A DNA stretch of 64,000 nucleotides from positions 1,426,001 to 1,490,000 of the forward strand of contig OZ218952.1 of the NCBI GenBank assembly GCA_965112735.1. The letters run 5' to 3'. Under the pieces are notes generated by a model. That model was not told where the DNA came from. It was given only the letters and a program-made list of their open reading frames with translations, and made no database searches. The position numbers were made by a program, and so were the translations under genes. Of this stretch, positions 37,662 to 50,466 are shown piece by piece. Positions within the stretch are counted from its first letter, which is position 1. Each line of letters begins with the position of its first letter. Source of the DNA: Phaeosaccion multiseriatum (Eukaryota > Protista > Ochrophyta, other classes).

Positions 37662-38360
37662 ATGGGTCTGAAAGGGCGGTATGAGCTGCACATCGCCTGC
37701 GAGAATGGCGAGGTGAATACCGTCACAAGGCTTCTGGAGGAGGGTATCGATATAGACAGTCCGGGCGTACGGCTAAAGACACCACTCCACTACGCGTGCA
37801 AGTACGATAGGCTGGAGGTAGTAAATCTCCTCATGACGCGCGGCGCAAAGCTCGAGGCCTGCACGTTCAACCAAATAACGCCGCTTCATCAATGCGCCTA
37901 TCACGGATCCCCCCGCGTGATGAAAGCCCTTCTGGAGGCTGGAGCTGACCCAGAGGCGCTGGACTATGGTGGCTGGACTCCGCTCTCATACAGCGCAAAT
38001 TACGGCAACTTGGGCTGCACGGAGGCCCTTCTCGTCAACGGAGTTAAAAGTATCAACGGTGTGAGTGCGGAGCTCGGATACGCGCCCATTCACTTGGCAT
38101 GCAGGTCGGGCTGCCTACAGACCGCGCGGATGCTGGTGGAGCACGGCGCAGATGTAAACCTGTCCAGTGGCTTGAAGCTGACTCCCTTGCACTTGGCGTG
38201 TCAAAACAATCGAGAAGAGATGGTTCGCTTTTTAGTGGGGAAGGGTGCCGATCATGAAGCCGAGGACGAGGTGGGCATTCGACCTGCACATCTCACCAAG
38301 GAGCCTGCCATCTTGAAGCTGCTTGGTGGTGGTGATGCCGATGGTAACGGCAATCTGTAA
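37662..38360 (+). CDS. Ankyrin repeat protein, about 232 aa, about 6 repeats, apparently single exon
   Basis: Repeats ELHIAC, TPLHYAC, TPLHQCA, TPLSYSA, APIHLAC, TPLHLAC at about 33-aa spacing, with LLxxGAD-type ends. ATG at 37662. Confidence 0.9.
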   Translation: MGLKGRYELHIACENGEVNTVTRLLEEGIDIDSPGVRLKTPLHYACKYDRLEVVNLLMTRGAKLEACTFNQITPLHQCAYHGSPRVMKALLEAGADPEALDYGGWTPLSYSANYGNLGCTEALLVNGVKSINGVSAELGYAPIHLACRSGCLQTARMLVEHGADVNLSSGLKLTPLHLACQNNREEMVRFLVGKGADHEAEDEVGIRPAHLTKEPAILKLLGGGDADGNGNL

Positions 38361-39120
38361 GGGGCCTCCCGTGCCGTCTTGAGGGGTCAGTCATGGAGAG
38401 GCAAGAGAGTCGTGGACCACAAGCCGAATAGAGGCGGGCGGGGCGTGGAGGATAAGAGATATCCTCTTACACCCCCATCCCCTTGCTTGGGTGGATATGT
38501 ATAGGAAGGAGGATGACAGTGGGCACATACCCGCCATGGGTGTGTTTCGCACGGTACGAGCCGAGTGAGGCAAGTATCATCCACGTATTCGCGGAGACGG
38601 CAGCACGGGTGGTGCGTAGTGCGTCCGAGCAGACAAACAACGGAAGGGGAAGGAGTGGAAGACACAGAGCGAGAGATTGCCAGCAAGTCGGTAGCAAACG
38701 AGGGGAAGGCAGTATGGTACATGCATGCCGGGGCATTGCGGATAGACACATCACACAGAGTTCTCGCTCCCTTAGCAGTAAGCTTTTATTTTTTTTTATG
38801 TGTATAGGATGAATCTAAATAAGAACAGAAATATTGTATACGGCAGTCGCTCTAACGCGGCTTTCCACCCCCGCGAGGGCACTACATCGCATAGCCCCGA
38901 CAAAGGAGCTTTTGCGCCATCGCACCACCCCAAAGAGACTGTGGTGCTATGCGAAGTTCGTCGCTCGTGTCGGTGGACGGTCGGGCTGGGTCCTTGCTCT
39001 ATCTGTACAGCCGCCCGTGCTGCTGCTGCCGCGGACCCCCTTCTCCCTAGTTTGCGTCTTCTTCTTCCTCGCCTTGTACAGCAAGCGAAGACTACTATAC
39101 TCGCAATATTCAATGTATCT

Positions 39121-40080
39121 CTATGCGGACACTGCCTCAGCCTCAGGAGCTGGCGCGTCTTCTGCGACCACCTTTGCTGGCTCCTCCACCTTCTTGGGCT
39201 TGTTGGGGTCGACCGTCTCAAGCTGGATCCCCACCATCTTCTTAACGCTGTCCACCTTGACTACGGATGCCTCCACCCCAGGGCCGAAAAAGGAATTGTA
39301 CTTTTGGATACGCTCCGGCTCCACCCACCGCTTGTAAGGCGTCTCCAGGCTCTGAAACACCATGGTGAAGATCAGCTCACCGTTGTCTGCAATTTCCTGT
39401 TTGAGATACTGTAGCTGGGGATAGTCACTCTGCGGCATGACCAAGCCGAGGGATTTTACGGTGGTATCCAAGTGCGCCTCGTCTCCGTAGCGGTGGCGCG
39501 TCACATCCTGCTTGATTTTTCTCATGGTCTCCGTCGCCTTAACTTCAAACAACTCCTCGGCATCGGGGAAGGTCTGGACAGGGACAGGCTCTAGCTCGGC
39601 GTACTTTAGAGACAGGCCGATGAGGGACACAGGAATTCCATATACAAAGCCCAAGCCGGACAGACCGGCGCCACTGTTGGTAAAGTATTCAAAGAAGCTC
39701 ACACATGTCAGCAGAAGACCAACCCCCAGGAATGCGGTGCCCAGGCTGAACCCACGGATCTCAAAAGGCGCCTCTCCTGACACGTTGATGCCTCCAGGCG
39801 CGACTTGCGACTTCTCCTCGAAATCCTCCTCGAGAGACATGTGAAGTGCACTTGTCCCCTTCGGGGGAAATGCGGTCCTGGACCTTCGCTGCCCAGCGCA
39901 ACCAAGACTTCTACTGCTGCTACTGCTGCTACTCCTCTCCACGGAATTTGAGCCGCTGCATCTCCTGGCCGCTATCCCCCCCTGAGGCAAAGCCACCGAC
40001 GGCGTGGCGACGAAGCCCTCCACTGATGCGAAGGATGCCAGTCCCACAGTGAGCAGTACACAAAGAGCACGGGGACCCAT
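39121..40080 (-). CDS. APE1: Plastid thylakoid protein APE1 / slr0575-like (DUF2854), intronless
   Basis: Signal peptide ending VEG-FVAT and a Ser/Arg-rich transit peptide. DUF2854-type motifs GFVYGIPVSLIGLSLKYAELEPV, DVTRHRYGDEAHLD and FFGPGV. Confidence 0.88.
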   Translation of the reverse strand: MGPRALCVLLTVGLASFASVEGFVATPSVALPQGGIAARRCSGSNSVERSSSSSSSRSLGCAGQRRSRTAFPPKGTSALHMSLEEDFEEKSQVAPGGINVSGEAPFEIRGFSLGTAFLGVGLLLTCVSFFEYFTNSGAGLSGLGFVYGIPVSLIGLSLKYAELEPVPVQTFPDAEELFEVKATETMRKIKQDVTRHRYGDEAHLDTTVKSLGLVMPQSDYPQLQYLKQEIADNGELIFTMVFQSLETPYKRWVEPERIQKYNSFFGPGVEASVVKVDSVKKMVGIQLETVDPNKPKKVEEPAKVVAEDAPAPEAEAVSA

Positions 40081-40282
40081 GGTTCAGCCTTCCTAAAGCT
40101 GCGGCGCCTTCACGTATCTGGGTGTGTTGTAGGTTGTTTCTTGCGCTGGAGATGCTGTGTTTTTCTTCAATTTTGTCAGAGGACTCGTACGTGGTCGAAG
40201 GGTAGAATCCAGCCATCTGTGACCCAGAGTTTCAGTGGCAGTGTGCCCGGCCCTGCCTGGAAAAAAACAAAACTCGCTGACC
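40081..40282. promoter_or_regulatory. Putative bidirectional promoter (APE1 / LSMT-like)
   Basis: Only 202 bp between divergent ATGs. Confidence 0.55.
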
Positions 40283-43200
40283 ATGAGCGCATGTGGCTGC
40301 TCTCTGCTCGTACTGCTGTCCTCAGTGGCAGCGGCCGGGGCAGCGGTGGGAAGGCCATGCTTCCTGGCGGGATGCGGGCCGGCAACAGCAGGGGCGGCCC
40401 CTGGGGCACGTGCGGTCTTCAGGAGTGCTTCGCGGCAAAGCACTGCTACACACCGCCCCAGCTCACCCCTTCCTGCGCCCTCTTCCCCCTGGTTCGCGAA
40501 GAGAAGAGGCCACAGGAGGGGAAGGGCTCTATCCCCTCTGCGAGAGGAAATGTCGGACGAGGACAAGATGATACTCGAGGCGATGCAAGACACCCCAGGC
40601 GCCAGGCTCAAGGACTTGGTGGGCGGCCCACCAAAGGCTGATGAGGACATGACGGACGAGGAGAAAATGATACGAGACGCCATGCAGGACACAGCAGGAA
40701 GTACGCTCAAGCTGAAGGGCCCCCCGCTGCCCGAGCCCAAAATGCCGGGGATGGGTGGGGCACCAGGGGGAAGCAAGATGCGAGGGCTGGGGGCGCCGAG
40801 GGGAGAGATGGACGCCCGTGTGTCGGAGAACAATGCGCTCCTGACCTGGCTGGGGGACAACGACGTGTGGGTGTCCGACCTGAGCGGGTGGGGCGTGCCT
40901 CCCCACTCCCTCGCGGTGGCGGTGGACACGGTGGATGAGATGGAGGCAGAGAGCGCGGGCCGAGGCATCCTCGCGTCGAGGGAGATTAAAGAGGGGGACG
41001 AGCTGGTGGAGCTTCCCCTCAAGCTTATTATGACGAAGGCCCGGGCCAGAGAGGAGCTGGGTGAGTGTCAGGCGGGCCGGGACGGGACGGGCGAGACCGG
41101 AAGAAAGGGAAGGGACGAAGGGGGCCTCTGGGCGCTGCTGTGAAGGGTTGTCGCTTTCCTCACACCGTATATCTCGCTCTCCTGCGCAGATTCTAGACTT
41201 CTTTATTGCCTGCTCTGTGTTTTTCATTATCAGCCTTTCCTTCTTCGTGCCGGCTTGGCTACATCCATCAAGTACATCGGATGGAGATGAGGATAGAGGC
41301 AAAGAGAGAGGGATGGGGGAAAGGACAACGGGACGGACCCCCTCCTTCACATGTGTCCCCGTGTTGCTTTTCCTGTAATGAAGTGCCAACTCGTGTCATC
41401 CCTCCTTCCTCGCGCTGCTGTGCCGCGTGGCCCGTCCAGGGGCCGATGTGATCAGAGATGACTTGGGAGAGTACATTGCCGTGGCTCTGCTGCTCATCAG
41501 CGAGCGACACAAGGACGCTGACAGTTTCTGGAAGCCCTACTTGGATGTACTCCCCACGACCGGTAAGTAACAGGCCGTCCTTTCTGTCCTTCCGGACTGG
41601 TGAAAGAGCTTATCAATCAGTCGACCTGTGGGCACCAAACGTTCGCGTCGCATCCCTCTAACTTAACCCCCCCCCTCACTTCCTTCCCCCCTCTTCCGCG
41701 CCACGCACCTTCGCACTCCTCTCCCCTGCCCTCCCTGCCCTCCCAGAGGAGGTGAACCCCACCTTCGCGTGGCCGGACGACGAGCTCGCCTTGCTGGAGG
41801 GGTCGCCCCTCGTGCAGGCCACTGAGAGCATGAAGACTAAGCTGCGCAAGGAGTACCAAATGGTCAAGGAGACCATCCTAGAACCGTGCGTGTGTGTGTG
41901 TGCACCTTTGTGTGCGTGTGTGCGTGTGTGTATGTGTGTGTGTGGGAGCACCAAGTTTTGTGAGCTTTTCCATAAGTCCTTGATTTTTGTTGTTTTGTTG
42001 TTTTCTTCTCTGACCCACATGCTTTCACAACCGCCGCCCCGCCCAAACGCACACCGCAGATTCGCGGACCGTATGCCTGCCTCTGTGTACACGTTCGAGG
42101 CCTTTGAATGGGCCTTTTGCATCCTCTTCTCTCGAGCCATTCGCCTGTCCAGCCTCACCAGCGGAGAGGCCATTGCTCTCATCCCCTACGCCGATCTGTT
42201 CAACCACAACCCCATGGCTAACAGCTACGTTGACGCAAAGTCGGTACGTAGAAGGGAGGAGAGGAGAGGGAGGGAGGGACGGGGTGCAAGAGAGAGTCAA
42301 GTCAATCCATCGGGTGGGCACAGAAAGGGCGAAACGCTGTGCAGCCAGACAAGGGTGTTGTGTTGCCGCTTCGTCATGATGCATCAGCCTCCTCCTCTTT
42401 TCCCTCCTCTTGCTTTCGCCTTCCGTCCTTCCTGCGCTGTCCTGACGACGAGCTGGTCCAAATCTTGCATCTTCCCACCCCTCCTCCTCCATGTCGTTTT
42501 CTTATCTATCGAACCAAATCAACTCAAACCCAAAATAAACTGTGTGGGGGAGAGTAGAAGGGGTGGTTCAACGACAAGGAGGACTTCGTCGCCATTTATT
42601 CCGACCGATCCTACAAGAAAATGGATCAAATCTTCATCTCCTACGGCCAAAAGAGCAACACCGACCTGCTGCTGCTGTACGGCTTTGCTTTGGACCGCAA
42701 CGTCTTTAACAGCGTCAATGTGAATGTGGCCCTTTCGGCGGACGACGCCATGTTCGAGGCCAAGAAGCAGTTCCTATGGGAGAGCGGACAGCCCGACAAG
42801 ATGGAGTTTCCCCTCTACGGCGACAGGTGCGTGTGTGTAAGGAGTGTGCGTTTGTGTGGGGGGTGGATGGGTGTGTGGGTGCTGTTGATTTGGTTGGTTG
42901 GTTGGTTGGTTGGTTGGTTGAGGAGCAGGAGGGGGATAAGGGGGTAGGAGCAGAAAGAAGACGAGGAAGAAGAGGAGGAGGGGGGGGAGGAGGAGGAAGG
43001 GAAAGGAAGGCAGGGAAGGAAATGAGAGCACGGAACAGGCGGGCTGTGGGGGGAGGAGAAAGGTGTGCCGCGAGACGGATGCGCCGCCGTGTTCGTTTTT
43101 TGTTTGGGCATTGGAAAATACTCATCTCACCGCGGCCCTGCTGTCCTTCCCCTCTCGCCGCGCCCTTGTTGTTGTGAATGGGCATTAGGTACCCAAACGA

Positions 43201-43818
43201 GCTTGTTCAGTACCTGAGGCTGGTGTGTCTGCTGCCCAACCAAATGGGAGACAGCAAAGACCTTGACGATGTCGACTTTACAGAGAAGATCACCAATACC
43301 AATGAGCAAGAGGTACGACCGCGGAGATGGAGAGAGAGAGAGAGAAGAGAGAAGGAGAGGTTCGATACTCACGCACCAAGAACGTGTTCCTCTCCCACGT
43401 CTCCGGTGTCCCCATCTCCCACCACACCTACAGGGGGGTTTGGATGTGTGCTTACGCATGTCCTTGTCACCCCCTGTGACTGACGGACTGACCGACTGAT
43501 CCGACCTGCTGCCCTGCCCTCTCTACGGAATCCCCTACCTTGCTACCGTACCATGAAACGTTGCATGCAACACCTTTTCCCCTCTAAAAATAGGTGCTGT
43601 CCATGCTTGAGGAGGCCTGCCGCCTGGCTCTGTCGGGCTACCCCAACTCAGAGGAGGAAGACAGTAAAATCATGCGGGACGTGGGCATGTTTCGACTCCT
43701 GAGCAAGAGCATGCGTATGGCCATCAAGCACCGCCGCAGCGAGAAGCGGATCCTCAAACGGACCATCGCAGCGGTTGCCAAGGCGCAGCAGAACCTCCTC
43801 GTCCCGCTGGGGGGCTGA
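40283..43818 (+). CDS. SET-domain lysine methyltransferase, Rubisco LSMT-like, probably plastid-targeted, 7 exons
   Basis: SET motifs GRGILASREIKEGDELVELP, SFWKPYLDVLP, ALIPYADLFNH and QIFISYGQKSNTDLLLLYGF; substrate-binding region LSGYPNSEEED..HRRSEKRIL. Hydrophobic N-terminus from ATG 40283. Exon phases consistent. Confidence 0.88.
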
Positions 43819-44464
43819 ATTGCATTGACTGGCGATTGGATTGAATTCAATTCAATTCAATGAATTGAATGGCGGTTGAATTGGGTTGGCCTTTTGCAAG
43901 TCAGGACGAGAGCGGGGAAGACAACTCTCACAGCATCCGTCCAGCCGTGCCCTGGCTTTTGTATACTGTGGTGATGGGACTTCAAACTTCAAGCCCATCC
44001 GATCCGGCTGCAGTGGAGGAGCAGGAGGCATCCGTGGTTGAACGCTTGGGGAGGCGCACGTTAAGTATTCTTAGCAGTCTGCAGTTAAAGAAAGAAAAAG
44101 AAAAAAAAGGAATCGTTTGACGCCTTATACTGTGCTTCACGTGGTTCAGCAAGGGGCGTTTTATGCACTAGGATGGGTGCGGGCCTAGCAGAGGAGGTGT
44201 GTGTAAACTCAATCCTCCTTAACTTTCAGCATATTGGAGGACGACTGCTGATGGAGGCACATTGGCTAAAGGGAGCATCCGTGCCGTGCAACTGACTCAG
44301 TAGTCGGAAATTCATTCATGCTTGTTATAGAGGGACGATCGACCCGGAATGGTACTCTACGCACCTCTTCCTCTCCATTGAGATGGCACTCCTTTGTGAG
44401 GGAATGGCAGTCGCCAACCCATCCAACTCCCCGAGGTTGTGTGTTGTTGTCCTCTCCCCTCATG

Positions 44465-44533
44465 TGGTAGGGCCTCACGTACGTCAATGGTAGGGCCTCA
44501 CGTACGTCAATGGTAGGGCCTCACGTACGTCAA
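44465..44533. repeat. Perfect triple tandem repeat of TGGTAGGGCCTCACGTACGTCAA (23 bp), downstream of the CWC22 stop
   Basis: Units at 44465, 44488 and 44511, with no spacers. Confidence 0.95.
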
Positions 44534-44660
44534 GTACATTTAAGCTGCTGCCTCTCCGCGCCTCTCCTCCTTCCTTCCTTCCTTCCTTCCTTGCTTGCTT
44601 CTTTCCTTCCCCCCATCACCCCCCCTCCTCCCCTCACGTCAGTGAGACGAGACCCTGACC

Positions 44661-44692
44661 TTAGTCACTGTCGCTGCCGCTGCTGCTACTCC

Positions 44693-44723
<31 letters not shown>

Positions 44724-44754
44724 ACTCCCGCTGCTGCTGCTGCTGCTGCTGCTA

Positions 44755-44787
<33 letters not shown>

Positions 44788-47709
44788 GAGGAGGAGGAAT
44801 CGCTGTCCTCTGCTGCCTCGTCTTCCATCCTTTGCTTCTGCATTGCGTTCTCCATGATGGCCTTGGGCGCCGCTCTGCTCATGTCATTAGTGAATGAAGA
44901 GAAGACGAGGAGTCAAAACCGAGAAGAGGGTCCACAAGTGGTGCGTTGATGTTGAGGGGGGGGGGGGGGGGGCGTCAGTGCTCAGTTCAAGGGCGAAGCA
45001 AGCGCTGATGAGAGGACAAGAGGGCAGGCCAGGACAGGTACGGCAAGTTGGGGCTCTGAAAGGCAAGGCGCCCAATTAGAAGTAGCACCAGACCTGAGAT
45101 GCTCCCGCAGCCCGTCGGTGAGACCCCCCAGGCCGATGAGGGTGAAGAAATTGATGGCGAATTTGGTGTTGCGGTGCGCGTCGCGGGGAAACATGCCTCC
45201 GAAGGCCTCCTGCGAGGGGTTGAGTTGAATGCACACACACGCGCATACGCACACACATGCATACAAGCGAGTTAGGGGGAGATTTGAGGGAGAGAAAAGA
45301 GGGGAGAGGGGGGGGGAGGCAGGACAGCGAAGAAAGACCAGAGAGGAGAGGCCAGGGAGACAAACACGCCCGAGCGCAGGCATGACTGTCTCTCTCTCCT
45401 TCCTCTTTTGCTCTCCACTCGTTCGTACCTGCATGTAGGGGTCGTTGAAGCGCTCCCGGAGCTTCTCCAAGCCCATATTCTCCGACATCTCTTGCACCAA
45501 CACCTTTACAAAGATACGGCTGCTGCTCGTGGTCTCATCCTCGTTGAGGCGGATGTACTCGAGTACTGTCCAGGGCAGCGCGTCGGTGTACAGCAGGTGG
45601 GCAAAGAGCTTGGCCACGTTGCGCAGCTTGTTGGTCTCGAGGCGGTGAATGGAGGCATAGTTGGAGGCAAAGCAGGAGGTGTAGGCGTCTTGCCAGCGTC
45701 GATGCAGCATGCAAAAGCGCTGCGAGATGAGGCCGTAGTAAGGGAGGAAGGTGCGCTCCTGACTGCAGCACTCTGTGATCATGTTGCAAAGTTCAACTTC
45801 GTAACCTTCGCGGATGTTGAGCTTGAGAATCTTGTGGCAGCACTCCTCAAAGCCCGCACTGCTCATGATCGTCAGGTACAGAGTGCGCCGGAGGTTCACG
45901 AGCTCCTGCTCCGTCATGTCTTCCACCACCACCATCTGTGATTCACAATCACACACACATACACACACAGCAGCGTGGGTGGAGAAAAGAGCTGATAAGG
46001 GGAAGGGTAAAGGGGGGGCGGAAGCGAGTAGAGAAGCTAACGATCGTGTCAAAGAATGGGAAGCGGGGAGATTTCTTCTCGCTCGCTCGCACCTGCTGCT
46101 GCTGCTCCTGCTGCTGCTGCTGCTCCTCCTCCTCGTCGTCGTCGTCGTCGTCGCTCTCTTCCTCCCCAGAGCCTTCCTCGCTACCGTCGTCCTGCAAAGA
46201 AAAAGTAGCCATTCAGTCAGTCACACATCAAAGTGAGAGGGAGGCAGCGAGGTCAGGGTCAAGGTCATGGTCCGGGTCGGGGTATGGTGAAGCGCAAGAC
46301 ACACCAAACCATCCCCAGCCCTCTTGGCCTATCTGGGGGACAGAAGAGCATTCAAACTGGTCCCCTCGTCTCATTGCTTCTCCCTCTCTCCCCTCCCTCC
46401 CTCCCCACTTCAGCCACTCACGTCGTCGTCATCGTCGTCCTCCCCTAAGATCTCGTTGCGGATGGCCTTCCACGCCTTCTCGTTCTCCTCGTACTTGTCG
46501 TCCACTCTGAATACATCAAGAAGGTCCTGTTTGTCCAGCTGGTCTTCCAGGGCAGTGTGGAACGTGATTTGATTGTCGGCCTGAGAGGGAGCAAGATGTA
46601 TGGCAGGTCGTGGTGAGGAGGAGGAGGAGGAGGACGAGGAAAAAGGGACTAGAGGATGAGCGCGAAGAAAAGGCGCCGGGGCGCTGAACCTATCCCCTTC
46701 TGCACCGTCTCCTTTCCTGCTCTGTCTGTCTATCTGTCTGTCTGTCTGTATCATCTATTCATATGCACATCATCACACTCCCTCCCCTCCCCTTCTCTCG
46801 TCCAATGCTTCGTACCTCAACGAGGTCCAGCTCGGGAGGCACGGCAGGGTAGTCCACAAAGCCCGCCTTGCGTACTGCAAACAGCCCCTCAATGATGTAC
46901 TGCACACGGAGATCGATGTCCCCTTCCTGCAAGATGCCGCGGAAGCGCTCGAAGATGGCGTCCAAGCCCTGGGGGCTTACCTGCAGAGAGAGGGGGGGGG
47001 GGGGAGTGAGAGAGATACGGGGGGGGGGGGGGGTGGAGTGGCTTGACTGACCTCACTCACGGACTGACCCTGACTAGACAACTGGAAATACTTACTTCTT
47101 GACCTAATGACTTGACTGACTAACCACTGACTGACTTGACACTGACTGAGACTGACTAGATCATCTAACTCTGGCCACTTGACTGACTGACTGACTGACT
47201 GACTGACTGACTGCCCCACGCACCTCTTGCAGAAGCTGGCCGATCTCCTTGGTGAAATTCACTGCAATCTCCACGCTGTCATCGGTGGGGTCCTTCAGGG
47301 TAGCACGGAAGAGAAGGAGGGAGGGAGGGAGGGGAAGGAGGAGGAGGAGAGGAAGAGGAGGAGGAGGAGTGGGAGGAGGAGGATGAGGAGAAGTGGGAGG
47401 AGGAGGATGAGGAGGAGTGGGAGGAGGAGGATGAGGAAGAAGGACAAGGCGAGATATGAAGCAGGAGCGAGCACCACTCCCTTGAGAATGAGGACAATGA
47501 CGAACAACTAATGAGCAACTCAAGAAAGTAAAGCAGTCACCTCGAGCAGCACGGTGAGAATCTGCAGTGCGAGCAGCTCGTGCGCCACTTGGTGGTTGAC
47601 GAGGTGAGCGATGAACTTAGACAGGGCAGTCGCCACCACCTGCAGAAAGGGGAGGAGGAGGAGAGGAGGAGGAGGAGGAGGATAAGGAGGAGGGGTGTAA
47701 AAATCTACC

Positions 47710-47752
<43 letters not shown>

Positions 47753-49983
47753 GAACAAGAAACAAACACAAACATCTCATCCCAGCCCCCCCCCCCTCCT
47801 CCTCCTCCTCCTCGGCCTCTACTCATCCTGCTCTGAGACATTCCCCCACGCACCCACACACACCTTGTCCCTCCTCTTGTACGCCCTACGGAAGGCAATG
47901 ACGACTCTGCACAGCAAGAGCTCGCCCACCTCGGGCAGCTTCGTGTTGAGCACAGCCACGAGGGCCGCGAATATGTGCGTGAAGCCCGGGGAGGCCAGCT
48001 GGGCCTTCATTACGGAGCGAGAGAAGACACCTCTGAGACACACAAGGAGTGAGAGAGACAAGAGAGAGAGGGAGAGGGAGAGAGAGAGAGAGGGAGAGAT
48101 AGAGAGAGAGGCAGACAGGTGGAAGTTGTGTTCCCAGAGATCGTTAAGAGACGGGAGAACGAAAAGGGATGCGTAACGTCTCTCAACGCTCAATACTCGT
48201 TCAACCCTCCAACCCTCCCTCCCTCCTGCACCGACAACGCACTCACGCACACACGCACACACGCACACACGCACGCAAAACGCACCTTCCCCTGACGAGG
48301 TTCTGCTGCAGCAGCTCCGGAATGATCCACTTAATGTTGGATGCGTTCACCTGCAGGCAGAGCACAGGCCATCAGGCCACACAGAGAGGAGGGGAGAGAA
48401 GAGAGCAGCAGGGGCGTGGGCAGGAGGCAAGAGCATCCAGCAACGTGGACCGAGGGGAGGGGGGAGGGGGCGGGACGGGGAGTAGGACCCAAAGAGAGTC
48501 GGTCGAAAGAACTGGGACAGTAGAGAGAGAGAGAGAGAGAGAGAGAGACGCACCTTGTTGATCAATCCATTGATGCTCTTTCGCAGAGCGTCCCAGGCCA
48601 TGCGCTGGTACTCCTTGCTAGTCTGGCGACGCAAGGAGAGCAGAAAAGAGCAAGCACACCAGGCAGAGTCAGCACATGCGAGGGTGGACCGGGAGCAGAG
48701 ACGGAGAGAAACACGCAAGCAGCACCACAACCCCCCCCCTCACACACGCATACACACAGACAGACAGACAGACAGTCAGACAGACGCACCTTGTCGCTCT
48801 GGTCCATGTCTTTCTTAAGCTGCGCGAGCTTGAATGGCGGAATGTACACGCCACCCGTCCTGCCCGTCACCGCCGCGGCCTGGTCCGTCATGATGTTCGG
48901 CCGAGCCTTGGGAGGGGCCGCAGCAGCAGCGGCAGCAGAAGCAGCACCGTTGCTACTGCTACCACGGGCAGGCTTTCTGCGCTTGTCCCCGCTCCGACTC
49001 CTGCTCCTCCCCCGACTGGCGCTCCTGCTCCGGCTGCGGCTGCGGCTGTCCCTCCTGCCTCGCTTCCGACTTCTTTCCTTGTCGGCCCGCCTCCGCCCGT
49101 GGCGGTCTCTGCTGCTGTCGCGATGCCGGCGCCTGTCTGAACCTCCCCTCCCTCTGTCTCTACTTCTATCCCTCCTGCCCCCCCCCCTGCTGCTGGGCCG
49201 CCTGTCCCGGTCCCTGCTGTCCCTACTTCGTCCCCTGCTGTCGCTTACGCTTCTGCTTCTACTTCTGCTTCCGCTCCTCCCTCTGTTACGTCGCTTTCTG
49301 CTGCTCCCTCCCCCTCTCCTATCCTTCCTCCTCGGAGGAGATCTAGACCCAGACCCAGATCGAGACCTGGAGCGGGATCGGCTGCTGCTGGCCGAACGCG
49401 ACTCCCGACGCCGCTGCTTCTGCTTACGCCCGTTGCTCTCACTCCTGCCTCTGCTTCGCGACCTGCTTCGCGACCTGCTTCCAGAGCGGCTGCTCTTCGC
49501 CTTCCCCTTCCCCTTCCCCTTCTCCTTGCCGTTGCCTGTATCCTCCTCCTCCTGCTTTCCTCCTTCCTCCTCTGGGGAAGCAGCAACCGCCTCGTCTGGG
49601 TCCTCCTGAGCTCGTTGCGGTACGTCTACCTCTTCGTCAGCCTTGGGGCTACTGCTGCCATCGCCAGCTTCACCCGCCTTTCCCTCCTCTTCTCCCTTCT
49701 CCTCGACTTTCGCCTCGTCCTCGCCTCCGCTCACTCCTGTCTTCCCACCGTCGTCTTCCCTCTCGGCCTCGCCCTCTTCCTCCGCCACAACCTCCTCCTC
49801 CTCGACCACCTTGCCCTTCACCCTGCTCCTCCCTCTGCTGCTCCTGGTCGTCTTCCGCTCGCTGGCCGCCCCCGCCCCTGTCGTTGCTGTTCCCTCGCCC
49901 TTGCTCACCGCCTCCTCCTCGCCTGCGACTACCGCCGCGGCTTCCGGCGAGCGACCCCGCTTCCTACCCGACGTCCTGGCCAT
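44661..49983 (-). CDS. CWC22: Pre-mRNA splicing factor CWC22 (MIF4G and MA3/MI domains, N-terminal RS region)
   Basis: GRTGGVYIPPFKL, YQRMAWDALRKSINGLINK, VMKAQLASPGFTHIFAALVAVLNTKLPEVGELLL, HRLETNKLRNVAKLFAHLL, TTSSSRIFVK, NTKFAINFFTLIGLGGLT; poly-Ser tail; TAA at 44661-44663. Confidence 0.96.
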
Positions 49984-50466
49984 CTTATTCCTCCCCCCTC
50001 GTCAGTGGTGCCCACCAAAGATGTCTGATTTATTGCCCTCAAACTCTCTTCTCAATACTATCCCATCCCACTGTCTAAGATTTGTCCCTCCCGGACGGAC
50101 CCCCGGGGAAAAAGTGTGTCCATCTCTCTACTTCTCTCTCGTTTGTTTCATTGTTGTCTCCTCCGCCTCGATTGCCTCTCTGGTCTCTACACCCCACTCT
50201 CATCTCTGATCTGTAAGTCCGAGGCAACGGGAAGGGAGGGAAGAGGGTGGGGGAGGAAAGGGGAAGGTAGTGCTATCCACGCACGCACCTCGAATGTCGT
50301 TAATCGGTCCGAGTGAGTACGTTGCACGTACTGCCTAGGAAGGCGACTTTTCAAGGCATAGGCAGGAGAGCGAGGGCACTGGACGTCAGGAGAGTCCTGT
50401 AACTCTTTGCTTTCGTCCTCCTCCTCCTTCTTTTTCACTTTCTCTACCCTGCCAAGCAGACTCGGA
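49984..50466. promoter_or_regulatory. Putative bidirectional promoter (CWC22 / PGRL1)
   Basis: 483-bp gap between divergent ATGs. Confidence 0.5.

Noticed and set aside
38800-39414. 204-aa plus-strand ORF with ATG
   Set aside because: Overlaps APE1 antisense and its 3' region, with no recognisable motif.
44465-44533. CRISPR-like 23-bp repeats
   Set aside because: No spacers, no cas genes, eukaryotic context.
48791-50209. Plus-strand Leu/Ser-rich ORFs
   Set aside because: Antisense shadows of the low-complexity first exon of CWC22.
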